Shown here: piece after piece, positions 38,715 through 47,938 of the stretch
Numbering within the stretch: position 1 is the stretch's first letter
Layout: each line of letters starts with the position of its first letter
Assembly: GCA_022446985.1 (NCBI GenBank)
Contig: JAKVBD010000028.1
Span: 1-59,446 of the forward strand
DNA length: 59,446 nucleotides
Source: Lentisphaerales bacterium
Lineage (GTDB): Bacteria > Verrucomicrobiota > Lentisphaeria > Lentisphaerales > Lentisphaeraceae
Direction: 5' to 3'
The notes under the pieces: generated by a model
Database searches by the model: none
What the model was told of the DNA's origin: nothing
Seen by the model: the letters and a program-made list of their open reading frames with translations, nothing else
Made by a program: the position numbers and the translations under genes

Positions 38715-40913
38715 TTATTTGCCGGTTAGGAGTTCATCGACAGTTTTATTACCCAGTCCAAGGCTCTTCACTGTACCCATGAGTGACTCAACGATGTTTT
38801 TGTCTTCACCTTGAACATTGCTCGCCAGTTTATTCAGAAGTACAGCAGTAGTCAGGTTCTTAAGATCTTCAGAGCTGACACCGAACTTGTCGATGAAACC
38901 TTGAAGTTTCTCTTTGAAGTTACCGCTGCCATCGAAGAAAGTGTTTTTGACATCTGTAAGGACATCAGAGCTTTCAACCATGCCGTCAATTGTCTTGCCA
39001 CGAGTGATAGAGTTAAGCATCTTATCGAAGAACATAGACTCACCACCGACGATATCGATGTTGGCAGACTTAAGACCTTCTTTAAGAACTTCAGCTTGTG
39101 CCGTAGCAATTTCAGCTTGAATTTGAATACCGGCAAGTTCAACTTCTTTGTCTTTGTTAAGGCGCAGCTTGAACTCTTCGTGTTCTTTACCGACACCATC
39201 AAGTTTCTTCATAGCTTCAGCTTTGTCTTCGATACCCTGTGCCTCAGCGTGGAACTTCTTAGCCATAACGTCAGCTTCAGCCGTACCTTCTTTCTGAACA
39301 GCAGCAGCCATGGCAGTTTTTACGTTGGCTTCAGCAAGGCCGGTAGCAGCTTCTTCTGCAGATACACCTTCAGCAAGTACTTTCTTGGCACTTGAATCTT
39401 TCTGTGCAGCTACTTCGCGAGCTTCGGCATCTGTTACTGTTTTCTCAGCAAGTAGAACAGCCGCTTGCTTCTCAGCTTCAGCTTTCTTAGTCTCTACCGC
39501 AAGGTATTCGTCAGCTTTTAGCTCAGCTGCTTGTTTCTCAGCTTCCGCTTTACGAGTTTCAACGATGAGGTACTCTTCAGCCTTAAGTTCGGCTGCTTTC
39601 TTTTCAGCTTCTGCTTTACCAGCTTCATTCAGCATAAGTTCCTGAGCTTTGATTTCAGCAGCATCTTTGGATGCTTCTGCAGCGCGAACCTGACGGATTA
39701 AAAGATCTTGAGCATCTCTTTCAGCATTTGTCATAGCAACCTGCTTCTCACGATCGGCAGTTGCGAACTCTTTAGTATCTTTGATTTTCTCTTCTTCTTC
39801 GACAACGTTTCTTTCAACGTGAACACGTTCGCGGATAACTTCCTGAATATTCTTACGCTCTACTTCGACAGCTTTTTCTTTCTCGATGTCTGCTAGAGTT
39901 ACAACTCTTTCACGTTCTGTGATCTCTAACTGACGGTCTTTTTCAACACGCTCAGTTTCGATAGCATCTGTACGCTGTTTGTTTTTCTCTGCAACGATGA
40001 TCTGACGCTGCATATTTTCTTCAGCGATGGAAACCTGCTCCTGAGTAGAAATGCGAGCATTTTCTTCTTTAAGTTTTTCTTCCTGACGAATGACTTCAGC
40101 TTCAGCATGAGTTCTTGCTTCGATAGAGGCAATTTCTTTCTTTTGATTCTCTTCAGCTTCAGCCAGTTCTTTTTCCATGTCGAGAATTTTTTCACGAGCA
40201 TCAACATTTTGACGAGTGATTTGCTTCTCTTCCTCTCTCTCTTGTTCGTTAATGCGAACTTTCTTTTCACGAGTGATCAGAGCGATTTTCTCTAGACCCT
40301 GGACGTCAAGAATGTTGTCAGGGTTCAGAAGTTCTTTTGGTGTTTGCTCAAGGTCGTCAATAGCAGCATCTTCAAGACTGTAACCATTTAGATCTGTACC
40401 GATAACATCGATGATGTCATCTTTAAATTTTTGACGTTTAGTATAGAGGTCTTCGAAATCGAACTGTTTACCAACAGTTTTTAAGGCCTCTGAGAATTTC
40501 GCATCAAAAAGTTCAATCAGTGAATCCTGGTCGGACGCTCTGGCAACACCAATCATCTGTGCAACGCTTAGTACATCTTCAGCAGTTTTGTTAACACGAA
40601 CGAAGAATGCTACTTTGATGTCGGCACGCATATTGTCCTGACAAATAAGTCCGTTTTGTGCTTTTCGGTCAATCTCTACTCTTTTAACTGAGATGTCCAT
40701 GATTTCCATTCTGTGGATAATTGGAATAACGACTAAACCTTTATCAAATGCAACTTTTGCGCCGCCATATCCTGTTCTAATCAAGGCTCTACCTTGTGGT
40801 ACCTTTCTATAACATTTAACAGCTGCAATTAAGCCGGCAAAAAGAAATGCGCCTAAACCAACTAGTATGATGAGTGCTTCTGTACTTACGAATGCAATTG
40901 TGAATGAATTCAT
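38715..40913 (-). CDS. Flotillin-like SPFH/Band-7 protein (YqiK/FloT-like) with a long repetitive coiled-coil C-terminus
   Basis: N-terminal TM helix plus SPFH domain (RTGYGGAKVAFDKGLVVIPIIHRMEIMDISVKRVEI...). Then about 350 aa of E/A/K-rich coiled coil with 21-aa repeats KAEAEKQAAELKA(D/E)EYL(A/I)VET(K/R). AAGGAGGG RBS. Confidence 0.8.
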   Translation of the reverse strand: MNSFTIAFVSTEALIILVGLGAFLFAGLIAAVKCYRKVPQGRALIRTGYGGAKVAFDKGLVVIPIIHRMEIMDISVKRVEIDRKAQNGLICQDNMRADIKVAFFVRVNKTAEDVLSVAQMIGVARASDQDSLIELFDAKFSEALKTVGKQFDFEDLYTKRQKFKDDIIDVIGTDLNGYSLEDAAIDDLEQTPKELLNPDNILDVQGLEKIALITREKKVRINEQEREEEKQITRQNVDAREKILDMEKELAEAEENQKKEIASIEARTHAEAEVIRQEEKLKEENARISTQEQVSIAEENMQRQIIVAEKNKQRTDAIETERVEKDRQLEITERERVVTLADIEKEKAVEVERKNIQEVIRERVHVERNVVEEEEKIKDTKEFATADREKQVAMTNAERDAQDLLIRQVRAAEASKDAAEIKAQELMLNEAGKAEAEKKAAELKAEEYLIVETRKAEAEKQAAELKADEYLAVETKKAEAEKQAAVLLAEKTVTDAEAREVAAQKDSSAKKVLAEGVSAEEAATGLAEANVKTAMAAAVQKEGTAEADVMAKKFHAEAQGIEDKAEAMKKLDGVGKEHEEFKLRLNKDKEVELAGIQIQAEIATAQAEVLKEGLKSANIDIVGGESMFFDKMLNSITRGKTIDGMVESSDVLTDVKNTFFDGSGNFKEKLQGFIDKFGVSSEDLKNLTTAVLLNKLASNVQGEDKNIVESLMGTVKSLGLGNKTVDELLTGK
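39460..39650. repeat. About three imperfect 63-bp tandem repeats inside the flotillin coding region (encoding 21-aa coiled-coil repeats)
   Basis: DNA units such as GCTGCTTGTTTCTCAGCTTCCGCTTTACGAGTTTCAACGATGAGGTACTCTTCAGCCTTAAGTTCG recur at about 70-75% identity. Confidence 0.6.
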
Positions 40914-40926
40914 TCAACCCTCCTTT

Positions 40927-41571
40927 TTAATTAAAAATTTCGTCTTCTACTTCAGAAATGATATATCTGTTAGCGCTGTGATCTTTTGATAGGACAACAG
41001 CTTTTTTGCCCTTTGAGATTGTTTGACCAGCTTCACATTTGACCATCAGGTTAACGATAGTTGGCCCTTCTTTAATTGAAGCTTGTCCACTGTTTTCAGT
41101 AACATCAGTAACAGTTGTACAGACATTACCGATTGAGTGAGTTTGACTTTCTTTGTCTTCGATGAGTTTGGAAAAAAAGCACTTTAAGGGATTCGTAAGT
41201 AATTTACTTGCTGGCAGACTTATAAAAAAGACTACAGCAAAAATGATCCAACCGACAATTGCATAATTACCCGGGTTGAATATCATGTTGGCAATTAGGC
41301 CTAATCCCCAGTTGATGGCAATTATTGAAAAGATAATAAATGTTACAGGAACTTTTCCGACATTTAAAAAGAGATAAAACGTCTGAAAAAAGCTACCGCC
41401 ATCAAGGCTAATGTCGAGGTCTGTATCAACATCTACGTCAGTATCAAAATCTAAGTCAGTACCAACACCAGATAAAAGTGAGAGAATTGTAATGATTGAT
41501 GATATTATCATCAAGACAGTCCACGGGACTAAATATATTTCTTTCGAAAGTTCAAAAATTTCATTAATCAT
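40927..41571 (-). CDS. NfeD/YqiJ-like membrane protein (flotillin partner): TM helices, acidic DLDFDTDVDVDTDLD loop, C-terminal soluble beta domain
   Basis: 214 aa, immediately upstream of and co-directional with the flotillin gene, as in yqiJ-yqiK and nfeD-SPFH pairs. Topology read from hydrophobicity. Confidence 0.6.
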   Translation of the reverse strand: MINEIFELSKEIYLVPWTVLMIISSIITILSLLSGVGTDLDFDTDVDVDTDLDISLDGGSFFQTFYLFLNVGKVPVTFIIFSIIAINWGLGLIANMIFNPGNYAIVGWIIFAVVFFISLPASKLLTNPLKCFFSKLIEDKESQTHSIGNVCTTVTDVTENSGQASIKEGPTIVNLMVKCEAGQTISKGKKAVVLSKDHSANRYIISEVEDEIFN

Positions 41572-41902
41572 AAAAATTTACCTTTGTTCATACATCGAAT
41601 TACAGCAGTTCGCCTTACGTGTATTGCCCCTTTGTTCGTAAGTTTCTAGTAATTAATGAATAATAAAAATATCATTCTTTTTTGTAAGTGTTTTTGTATA
41701 AAGTGGAGTTGGTGAATAGCACCAAGGTCTTATTACATTAACAGGATAAAACGTACTTTTAAACCCTTTGATTTCAATGGGGAAAGCCCGGAAAAAGGCA
41801 TCTGGTAAGGAAAAAAATGGCTTGTGGTGTAAAAAACCAAGTTATGACATTAAAACGGTAAATTTCCCTTCCGATAATCTCTTTAGTGGAAGGGAAGTAT
41901 AA

Positions 41903-44900
41903 TTAGGAAAGTTGAGCGTCGCGAACTGCTTTATTTTCAGCTTTTCTTTTAGCAAAGCCCTGGCCAAAGACACGCCAGTTTTCCGGATGACGAATGCCTT
42001 CCAATACTTCAAATAACACTGGTAAAATAAGCAGTGTCATGAGAGTACTTACAGTAAGGCCTGCAATAAAGGCTGTCGCGAATGGGCTCCATGCAATACT
42101 AAAATCCGGAATACCAATAGCCATTGGCAATAGGCCTGCAATGGTTGTTACAGATGTCATAAGTATAGGACGCATTCTTTGATGACCAGCTAAAAGCAAA
42201 GCTTGTTTTAAAGGAAGGCCATCTGCTAAACGCTTATTCATAAAGTTGATCAGGACAATAGCATCGTTAATAACTAAGCCAGTCAAACCGACTACAGCCA
42301 TGAAGCCATTCATTGTAAAGTACGACCTTTCGGGACGAATAGACCCTTCCGGCAACATTTCGGCGCCTATACCAAGTATTGCCATAGTAAGAATAACACC
42401 GGTGAAGCTGAAGAATACATTGGACATAATCAGGACAGGTTGTGTGTAGCTCTGAAATTGACTGGCGAGGATGCCATAAATTACGACCAGTGCCAGTAAG
42501 AAGGCAACTGCCATACTGCGGTAACTCTTCATGGTACTTTCAGATTCACCGCCAAAGGAAACAACAACACCTGAATAGTTCTGTTTGTTTTCTTCCCACC
42601 ATTTGCCGACGACATTTGAAATGTTTAAGGCACCGATTTTGGCATCTTCTGTCAGGTTCCCCGTGACAGTCACAATTCTTTGGAAGTCCCAGCGAATTAA
42701 TGATGCAGGTACACTTTTGATACTCATCTCGCCAACATCATTATAGAGCAGTCTCTTACCATCAGCTTGGTTAATTAGTGGAACATTTAAAATGTCAGAG
42801 GGATCTTGGATTTGTTTTCGAGATAATCTGACTTTCAGAGGAATTTCATCATCCAATCTGCGATAATCAGCGATGTAGGCTCCATCGAGACTATCTGCGA
42901 TGAAGCTTTGGACATCGATTTCACGCAGGTCATGATTGGCCAGCTTTCGGCGATTTGTATCAAAAGAGATGATCGTATTTCGAAGATTCCTGTCGTGTTT
43001 TAAATCAATGATACCTTCTAGCGCTTTACCGGTTTGAGCCTCTGAATTTATGTAGACCATCAAGTCGTCAACAACTTTCATTATGTCGTTGTCATCTAAT
43101 CCAGAGACGCGAACATTAAGAGGAAGACCGGTTGGCGGACCATCCTTAGCTGCAGCAATATCCAGCGACACACCATTTTTTTCATATAAATTTTCAAGTT
43201 CTTCTCTGACTTGTTGGATGAACTTTTTTGGATTATCAAAGTCACGATTTTCCTTCAAAGGCAGCTGTGCCTGAATGTAACCATATTGACTGCCCATAAC
43301 AGGTTTATAATCTGCACTGACAGCCATTCCTGCCTGTGAACTGGTATTGAGAATTTGACTTGTTCCTTTTGCTGCCAGATACTGACTCATTTCTCTAACA
43401 AGTTTATCTGTTTCCTTAAGTGGAGTACCAGCTGGCATATTGACAGTTATTTGAATAAGTGAGGTGTTATCCGGGAAAAAAACCATTTTGAGAACGGGCT
43501 TCATACCTATAAAAGGCATAGCCAGGATGAATGCAGCCAGAACAAATAGAATAATGGTGGTACCTACAGAGCTTATAGGATGGGCCAGAGTCCAGCTTAA
43601 GGCAGCATGATAAAGCCTTGAAAATTTTCCCATGAAGCCTGCTTGGTTGAGGTAGTCATCGAGCTTATCACCATTGCGTTCATGCTGAGACTTTTGTTTA
43701 CCAAGAAGCTTCTCTAAATCAATGACGTGCAAAGGTAGTAAGAACAAACACTCAATAAGGCTGATACAAAGCGCAACGGTTACTGCGATAGGGATGAGAG
43801 CAAAGAAATCGCCTACTGTTCCGGTCATCAAGAGAAGAGGTAGAAATGCCGCCATTGTAGTTAACGATGCGCTGACAACCGGCCAGAAAACTTCACTGGT
43901 TCCATCAATAACTGCCTGATATATGTTTTTGCCGGACTCGCGGTGACGTTTTATATTTTCGATAACAACGATAGCATCATCAACAACTATTCCACTTACT
44001 AACACAAAGCCAAGTAGGGTTAATTCGTTGATTGACTGGCCAGCTAAATAAAAGACCAGTAGACTGCCGAGAAAACTAAATACAATGCCTGAAACTGTAA
44101 GGACTGCTTCGCGACATGTTAACATTATAAATGTCGACAGGATGAGAAGAGCTATAGCTTGTGTAAATGTTGAATTGGAAAGAGGAATGATAATAGCCGC
44201 AGTTACTGCAATAATTAAGCCGATGAACGTTGTTTTGCGACTTGCATTTGCAAGGAAAACAAACAGCAAGGTCATGACAAAGACTGCTGACAGCAGCAAG
44301 CTGCTTGATAAGACTCCTAGTCCGTCTTTTATATTATTAGTGCTGTCCATTGTGTAAACAGCAGTAACTCCTGCATCATCATTTGTTCTTAAGAAGTTAT
44401 CAGTCTCTGAAATAACCAGATTCTTAATTTTTAAGGCGTTTCCGGTGCTTAGTTTGAGAATTTTGCAGCCGACCATATCCAGACCGTTAACGGTATTTAT
44501 GATGCCGCCTGGAAGGTTTTCGACGCCAGAATCACTGTGATCTATAAGGTCCTCGAGGTAAATAATGTTGCCGTTACCATCCTTTCGTATAGGTACGTCA
44601 AGAATATCTTGTTTACTGCGGAAACGACTGTCTATGCGGATCAGTCGCTCGCCATTTGAAGTATCCAGAGTCCCTGATGGAGGAGCTTGACCGGCTGCGC
44701 GCATAGCATGGGAGACGTCAGTAATTGTCAGACGGTTCTTTTCAAGTTTCTCCACGTCGAGAGAAACAGCATACTGTTCAGCAGAGTCACCCAGTAAAAG
44801 AACTTTTTTGATTTGATCTATTTGTTCTAGTCTGAGCCTAAGGTCCTTTGCCAGTAACATTAAAGTTCTTTTAGGAACTGGTTTGTTGATATCTTTGGCC

Positions 44901-45349
44901 ACGAGATTGACTTGCATTACAGGTAGCCATTCATCTACATCTGCTTCAGAGAAAAATGGCGACAATGGATCACCATTTTGAACAGGAAGTCTGTTTTGTA
45001 TGCCCATCACCCTAAATCGCAATTCATTATAGAGTGCCTGATAATCTGTGTCATCGACAAACTTGACATTGATCATTGAGAGGTCAGGCCTTGAAGTGGA
45101 TTTTACATAATCCAGGTGCTTCATGCCTCGCAGACTGTCCTCTATTTCGGTAGTAACCAGTCTCTCTACTTCATCTGATGTTGCTCCTGGAAAACTGGTC
45201 CTGATTTGTACTTCACCAAAAGCAAAGTTGGGGAATTGTTCCACGGGCAGGTTTGGGACAGCTACAAAGGCACTGAAAATAATCAGTCCAACAAAGATGA
45301 CGTTCAGCAGGACTCCCTGGCCAAGACTGAATTTGATAAGTGGTTTCAT
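41903..45349 (-). CDS. RND efflux transporter permease (AcrB/CzcA superfamily)
   Basis: 1148 aa with 12 TM helices and two large periplasmic loops. Follows the MFP gene with a 1-nt gap. Confidence 0.85.
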   Translation of the reverse strand: MKPLIKFSLGQGVLLNVIFVGLIIFSAFVAVPNLPVEQFPNFAFGEVQIRTSFPGATSDEVERLVTTEIEDSLRGMKHLDYVKSTSRPDLSMINVKFVDDTDYQALYNELRFRVMGIQNRLPVQNGDPLSPFFSEADVDEWLPVMQVNLVAKDINKPVPKRTLMLLAKDLRLRLEQIDQIKKVLLLGDSAEQYAVSLDVEKLEKNRLTITDVSHAMRAAGQAPPSGTLDTSNGERLIRIDSRFRSKQDILDVPIRKDGNGNIIYLEDLIDHSDSGVENLPGGIINTVNGLDMVGCKILKLSTGNALKIKNLVISETDNFLRTNDDAGVTAVYTMDSTNNIKDGLGVLSSSLLLSAVFVMTLLFVFLANASRKTTFIGLIIAVTAAIIIPLSNSTFTQAIALLILSTFIMLTCREAVLTVSGIVFSFLGSLLVFYLAGQSINELTLLGFVLVSGIVVDDAIVVIENIKRHRESGKNIYQAVIDGTSEVFWPVVSASLTTMAAFLPLLLMTGTVGDFFALIPIAVTVALCISLIECLFLLPLHVIDLEKLLGKQKSQHERNGDKLDDYLNQAGFMGKFSRLYHAALSWTLAHPISSVGTTIILFVLAAFILAMPFIGMKPVLKMVFFPDNTSLIQITVNMPAGTPLKETDKLVREMSQYLAAKGTSQILNTSSQAGMAVSADYKPVMGSQYGYIQAQLPLKENRDFDNPKKFIQQVREELENLYEKNGVSLDIAAAKDGPPTGLPLNVRVSGLDDNDIMKVVDDLMVYINSEAQTGKALEGIIDLKHDRNLRNTIISFDTNRRKLANHDLREIDVQSFIADSLDGAYIADYRRLDDEIPLKVRLSRKQIQDPSDILNVPLINQADGKRLLYNDVGEMSIKSVPASLIRWDFQRIVTVTGNLTEDAKIGALNISNVVGKWWEENKQNYSGVVVSFGGESESTMKSYRSMAVAFLLALVVIYGILASQFQSYTQPVLIMSNVFFSFTGVILTMAILGIGAEMLPEGSIRPERSYFTMNGFMAVVGLTGLVINDAIVLINFMNKRLADGLPLKQALLLAGHQRMRPILMTSVTTIAGLLPMAIGIPDFSIAWSPFATAFIAGLTVSTLMTLLILPVLFEVLEGIRHPENWRVFGQGFAKRKAENKAVRDAQLS

Positions 45350-45350
45350 A

Positions 45351-46415
45351 TTAATTCTTTTCCGGCAGTATTAACTCTGCATCTTTTGGTAAGCTTGAAA
45401 GATTTATTATCACTGAATCGGAGTTTCTACGCAGAGGAATAAGAGCAACACTGTTACCATTGCTTAATTTGACGTAGTCTTGCTCCAATTTTGTGAAAAT
45501 ATATTTGGCTGGAATTTTTACTGCGGGATTCGGGTAGGGAATGGGTAACTTTAGATCAAGGGCCTGGCCACCGGTAGCCTGCTTGAATTCAGACCCCGGA
45601 ATTCTCATCTCAACTAATCTCTTGCGCGACACTGGGTCAAAATTTAAATCGATATGGTGTATCTTAGCTTTTATCTTTTTACCATTCAGTTTTAGCCTCA
45701 AATCTGGTTCATTAGTTTGTAATGCGAGAATCTCATTTTCACTCAAGCGGAAATAAACAGATAAAGTTCGAACATCAACTAATTGAATAATCTTTTCTCC
45801 TGGCGAAATCAGACTGCCTGCTTCTACATATTTCTTATTCACGGTCCAGCCTCTAGAACCAAAGATTTGGTGACGGGCTAAATCTTCTTCGGCTTTTGCG
45901 ACTGCAACTTTTCTTTCGTTAATAGCTTGCTTTTGGACTATCATGGAGGTTTCTATGTCGCTTACTTTCAGACAAGCTCGGTCGTGCTCAAACTCAGCCA
46001 TATCAAAACTTGCTTGAGTTGCTTTGCCTGTTTTTGAAAGTTTACCCAGTCGATTTTTTTCAAGTAAGCGGTACTTGACTTCGCGCTCTGCAATTGCTTT
46101 TTCAGATAATTGCTTCTTTAAGATTTGCTGCTCACTTTGCAAAGCAGCTTCTTCTTTCTTTAGAGCTATTTCGGCGAGAATACTGTCTTGCTTAACGAGT
46201 AGTATTTGCTGCCCTGAAGAGTTTAAAGTTTCACCTTCTTTGACGTGAAAGGATTCAACTCTAGCCAAAAATTCAGCTTCAATATCAAGATGAGCACTGG
46301 GTTCAGTAAAGCCAGTAATTGATCTCATGAGCACAGCTGGATGTTCGCTAACCTTAAAGCTTTCAGCGTTCGCAGTAAGTAGAACGGAGAATAGAATAAT
46401 ACAGGTAATTTTCAC
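45351..46415 (-). CDS. RND efflux periplasmic adaptor (membrane fusion protein, HlyD family)
   Basis: Signal/anchor N-terminus, coiled-coil hairpin region, and a beta-barrel C-terminus. 4-nt overlap with tetR. Confidence 0.75.
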   Translation of the reverse strand: MKITCIILFSVLLTANAESFKVSEHPAVLMRSITGFTEPSAHLDIEAEFLARVESFHVKEGETLNSSGQQILLVKQDSILAEIALKKEEAALQSEQQILKKQLSEKAIAEREVKYRLLEKNRLGKLSKTGKATQASFDMAEFEHDRACLKVSDIETSMIVQKQAINERKVAVAKAEEDLARHQIFGSRGWTVNKKYVEAGSLISPGEKIIQLVDVRTLSVYFRLSENEILALQTNEPDLRLKLNGKKIKAKIHHIDLNFDPVSRKRLVEMRIPGSEFKQATGGQALDLKLPIPYPNPAVKIPAKYIFTKLEQDYVKLSNGNSVALIPLRRNSDSVIINLSSLPKDAELILPEKN

Positions 46416-47053
46416 TTGAGATACTCCTCTAAACGCTGAGGTTCCTTCATAATTAATTGACAGTAAACCCGCGCCATACGGGTCGCTTGATCTTTGAGCA
46501 TATCTTCAGTTTGCCACTGCATTTGCCATATGAGGCCATCTACAGTAGCAACTATGAATTCAGCAACATCTTCTGGTTTGTCGATATGTCTAAAATGTCC
46601 GGACTCAAGTCCCATTTGGTAATCTCTCAGGGCCATACCGCGCCACATTGTTAATTTCTCTTTAAATTCAATGCGCGCGGCTTCGCGTAATTGCGGGTGA
46701 GTGTTTGAGATAACCGAGAGCTCTTGAAAGAGTTTTTTCTCGTCTGTATTGGTCACTAGCAGTTTGGTGAGAATAGTTTCGACAATTGTATAAACAAATT
46801 TTACAGAATTATCCAAGCTTGGGTTGTTCAGAACGTTACTTTCAAGCCCGGCATCTACGGTGGAACAGAAGTAGCTGCAAGCTTTCAGAAGGAGCTCTTC
46901 TTTTGAAGAGAAGTATTCATATACTGTACCTTTGCCGATGCCCGCTTCTTTAGCGATGTCAGCAATTCTTACTGCAGCAAAACCTTTACTCTTGAACTGA
47001 TTGATTGCCGCTTCTAATATTAAAATGTCTTTAGTTTTATCCAAATAAATCAC
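46412..47053 (-). CDS. TetR-family transcriptional regulator of the efflux operon
   Basis: N-terminal [33 protein letters not shown] is the TetR signature. 213 aa. Confidence 0.85.
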   Translation of the reverse strand: MIYLDKTKDILILEAAINQFKSKGFAAVRIADIAKEAGIGKGTVYEYFSSKEELLLKACSYFCSTVDAGLESNVLNNPSLDNSVKFVYTIVETILTKLLVTNTDEKKLFQELSVISNTHPQLREAARIEFKEKLTMWRGMALRDYQMGLESGHFRHIDKPEDVAEFIVATVDGLIWQMQWQTEDMLKDQATRMARVYCQLIMKEPQRLEEYLK

Positions 47054-47064
47054 CTGTAAATTAT

Positions 47065-47080
47065 CCGACTGACCAGTCGG
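47065..47080. promoter_or_regulatory. Palindromic candidate TetR operator CCGACTG-AC-CAGTCGG, 12 nt upstream of the tetR start codon
   Basis: 7-bp perfect inverted repeat with a 2-nt spacer, read directly. Its position fits an autoregulatory operator for the tetR-MFP-RND operon. Confidence 0.5.
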
Positions 47081-47264
47081 TCAGTTTTTGTAACATAGGG
47101 TATTTCCACCGCGATTTAATAGTATTTTTGGAAAAAATATGAAACTTTTTTAGGAAGTGAAGTTTTTAAGCGTGGGATTTAAGGATGCGGGTTATTCAAT
47201 AGGTGTGAAAGCTGGTGTATTTATTCATCGGTTCTCATGACCACACAACACAATGCACAGAAAA

Positions 47265-47296
47265 CCACTCTTCACTAGAGTGGCTTTCTTTTTCAT
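47265..47296. terminator. Hairpin terminator downstream of the Dabb gene (A-run before, T-run after: bidirectional)
   Basis: Stem CCACTCT/AGAGTGG with TCACT loop, flanked by AAAA and TTTCTTTTTC. Confidence 0.5.
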
Positions 47297-47333
47297 CTGG
47301 AATCTCGAGTCCCCGCTCAACTATTTCGTTTGT

Positions 47334-47705
47334 TTAGAGTTCCTGAAAATCGTAAACTACAACTTTGGCAAGGGCAGGCTTCAAGATATTTGTGACTGCT
47401 TCAACATGCTTAGGGTGATCAAGGTAAACCTTTAATTCGTCGTTATTTTTGAAGGTGATGATAAATGAAATGTCAAAAGAATTGTCAGCGACGGGCTCGA
47501 TACTTTCCAGTTTAGTTCCAACTGAAATATTTTGAACCTGTTCAATGGCTTTAAGGTTTTTTACAGCTTCGATAAATTTCTCTTGTGAAGCGCCGTTTTT
47601 GAGCCAACACATGACTATGTGTTGTACTTGAGGAGTAGAGTTTTCTGAAGTTGTACATGAGTTCATAAATAATAGCATCATTAAAATTGTTATCATTCTA
47701 AACAT
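47334..47705 (-). CDS. Dabb-family (stress-responsive dimeric alpha+beta barrel) lipoprotein
   Basis: Lipobox LFMNSC. HIVMCWLK...KVYLDHPKHVEAV matches the Dabb domain. 123 aa. Confidence 0.6.
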   Translation of the reverse strand: MFRMITILMMLLFMNSCTTSENSTPQVQHIVMCWLKNGASQEKFIEAVKNLKAIEQVQNISVGTKLESIEPVADNSFDISFIITFKNNDELKVYLDHPKHVEAVTNILKPALAKVVVYDFQEL

Positions 47706-47938
47706 AAGGGATCTCCTTGTTTGTTTAATCTTAAAAGGAAAGAGACCTGCATTTTAAAGAAGTTTATTGTTCAAAGCTGCGCAAAAATATGATGAAAGCG
47801 TCTTTTTGCGTTTTTTGAAGAAAATTGTAAAAAATGCGCAATTTGCCTACTTGTTGCGTATTTTAAGTATAAAAAGGATTGCTTCGACTGGGTTATGTAA
47901 TCGACAAGAGAAACAGATGTTTAGATTGAGGATAGTAG

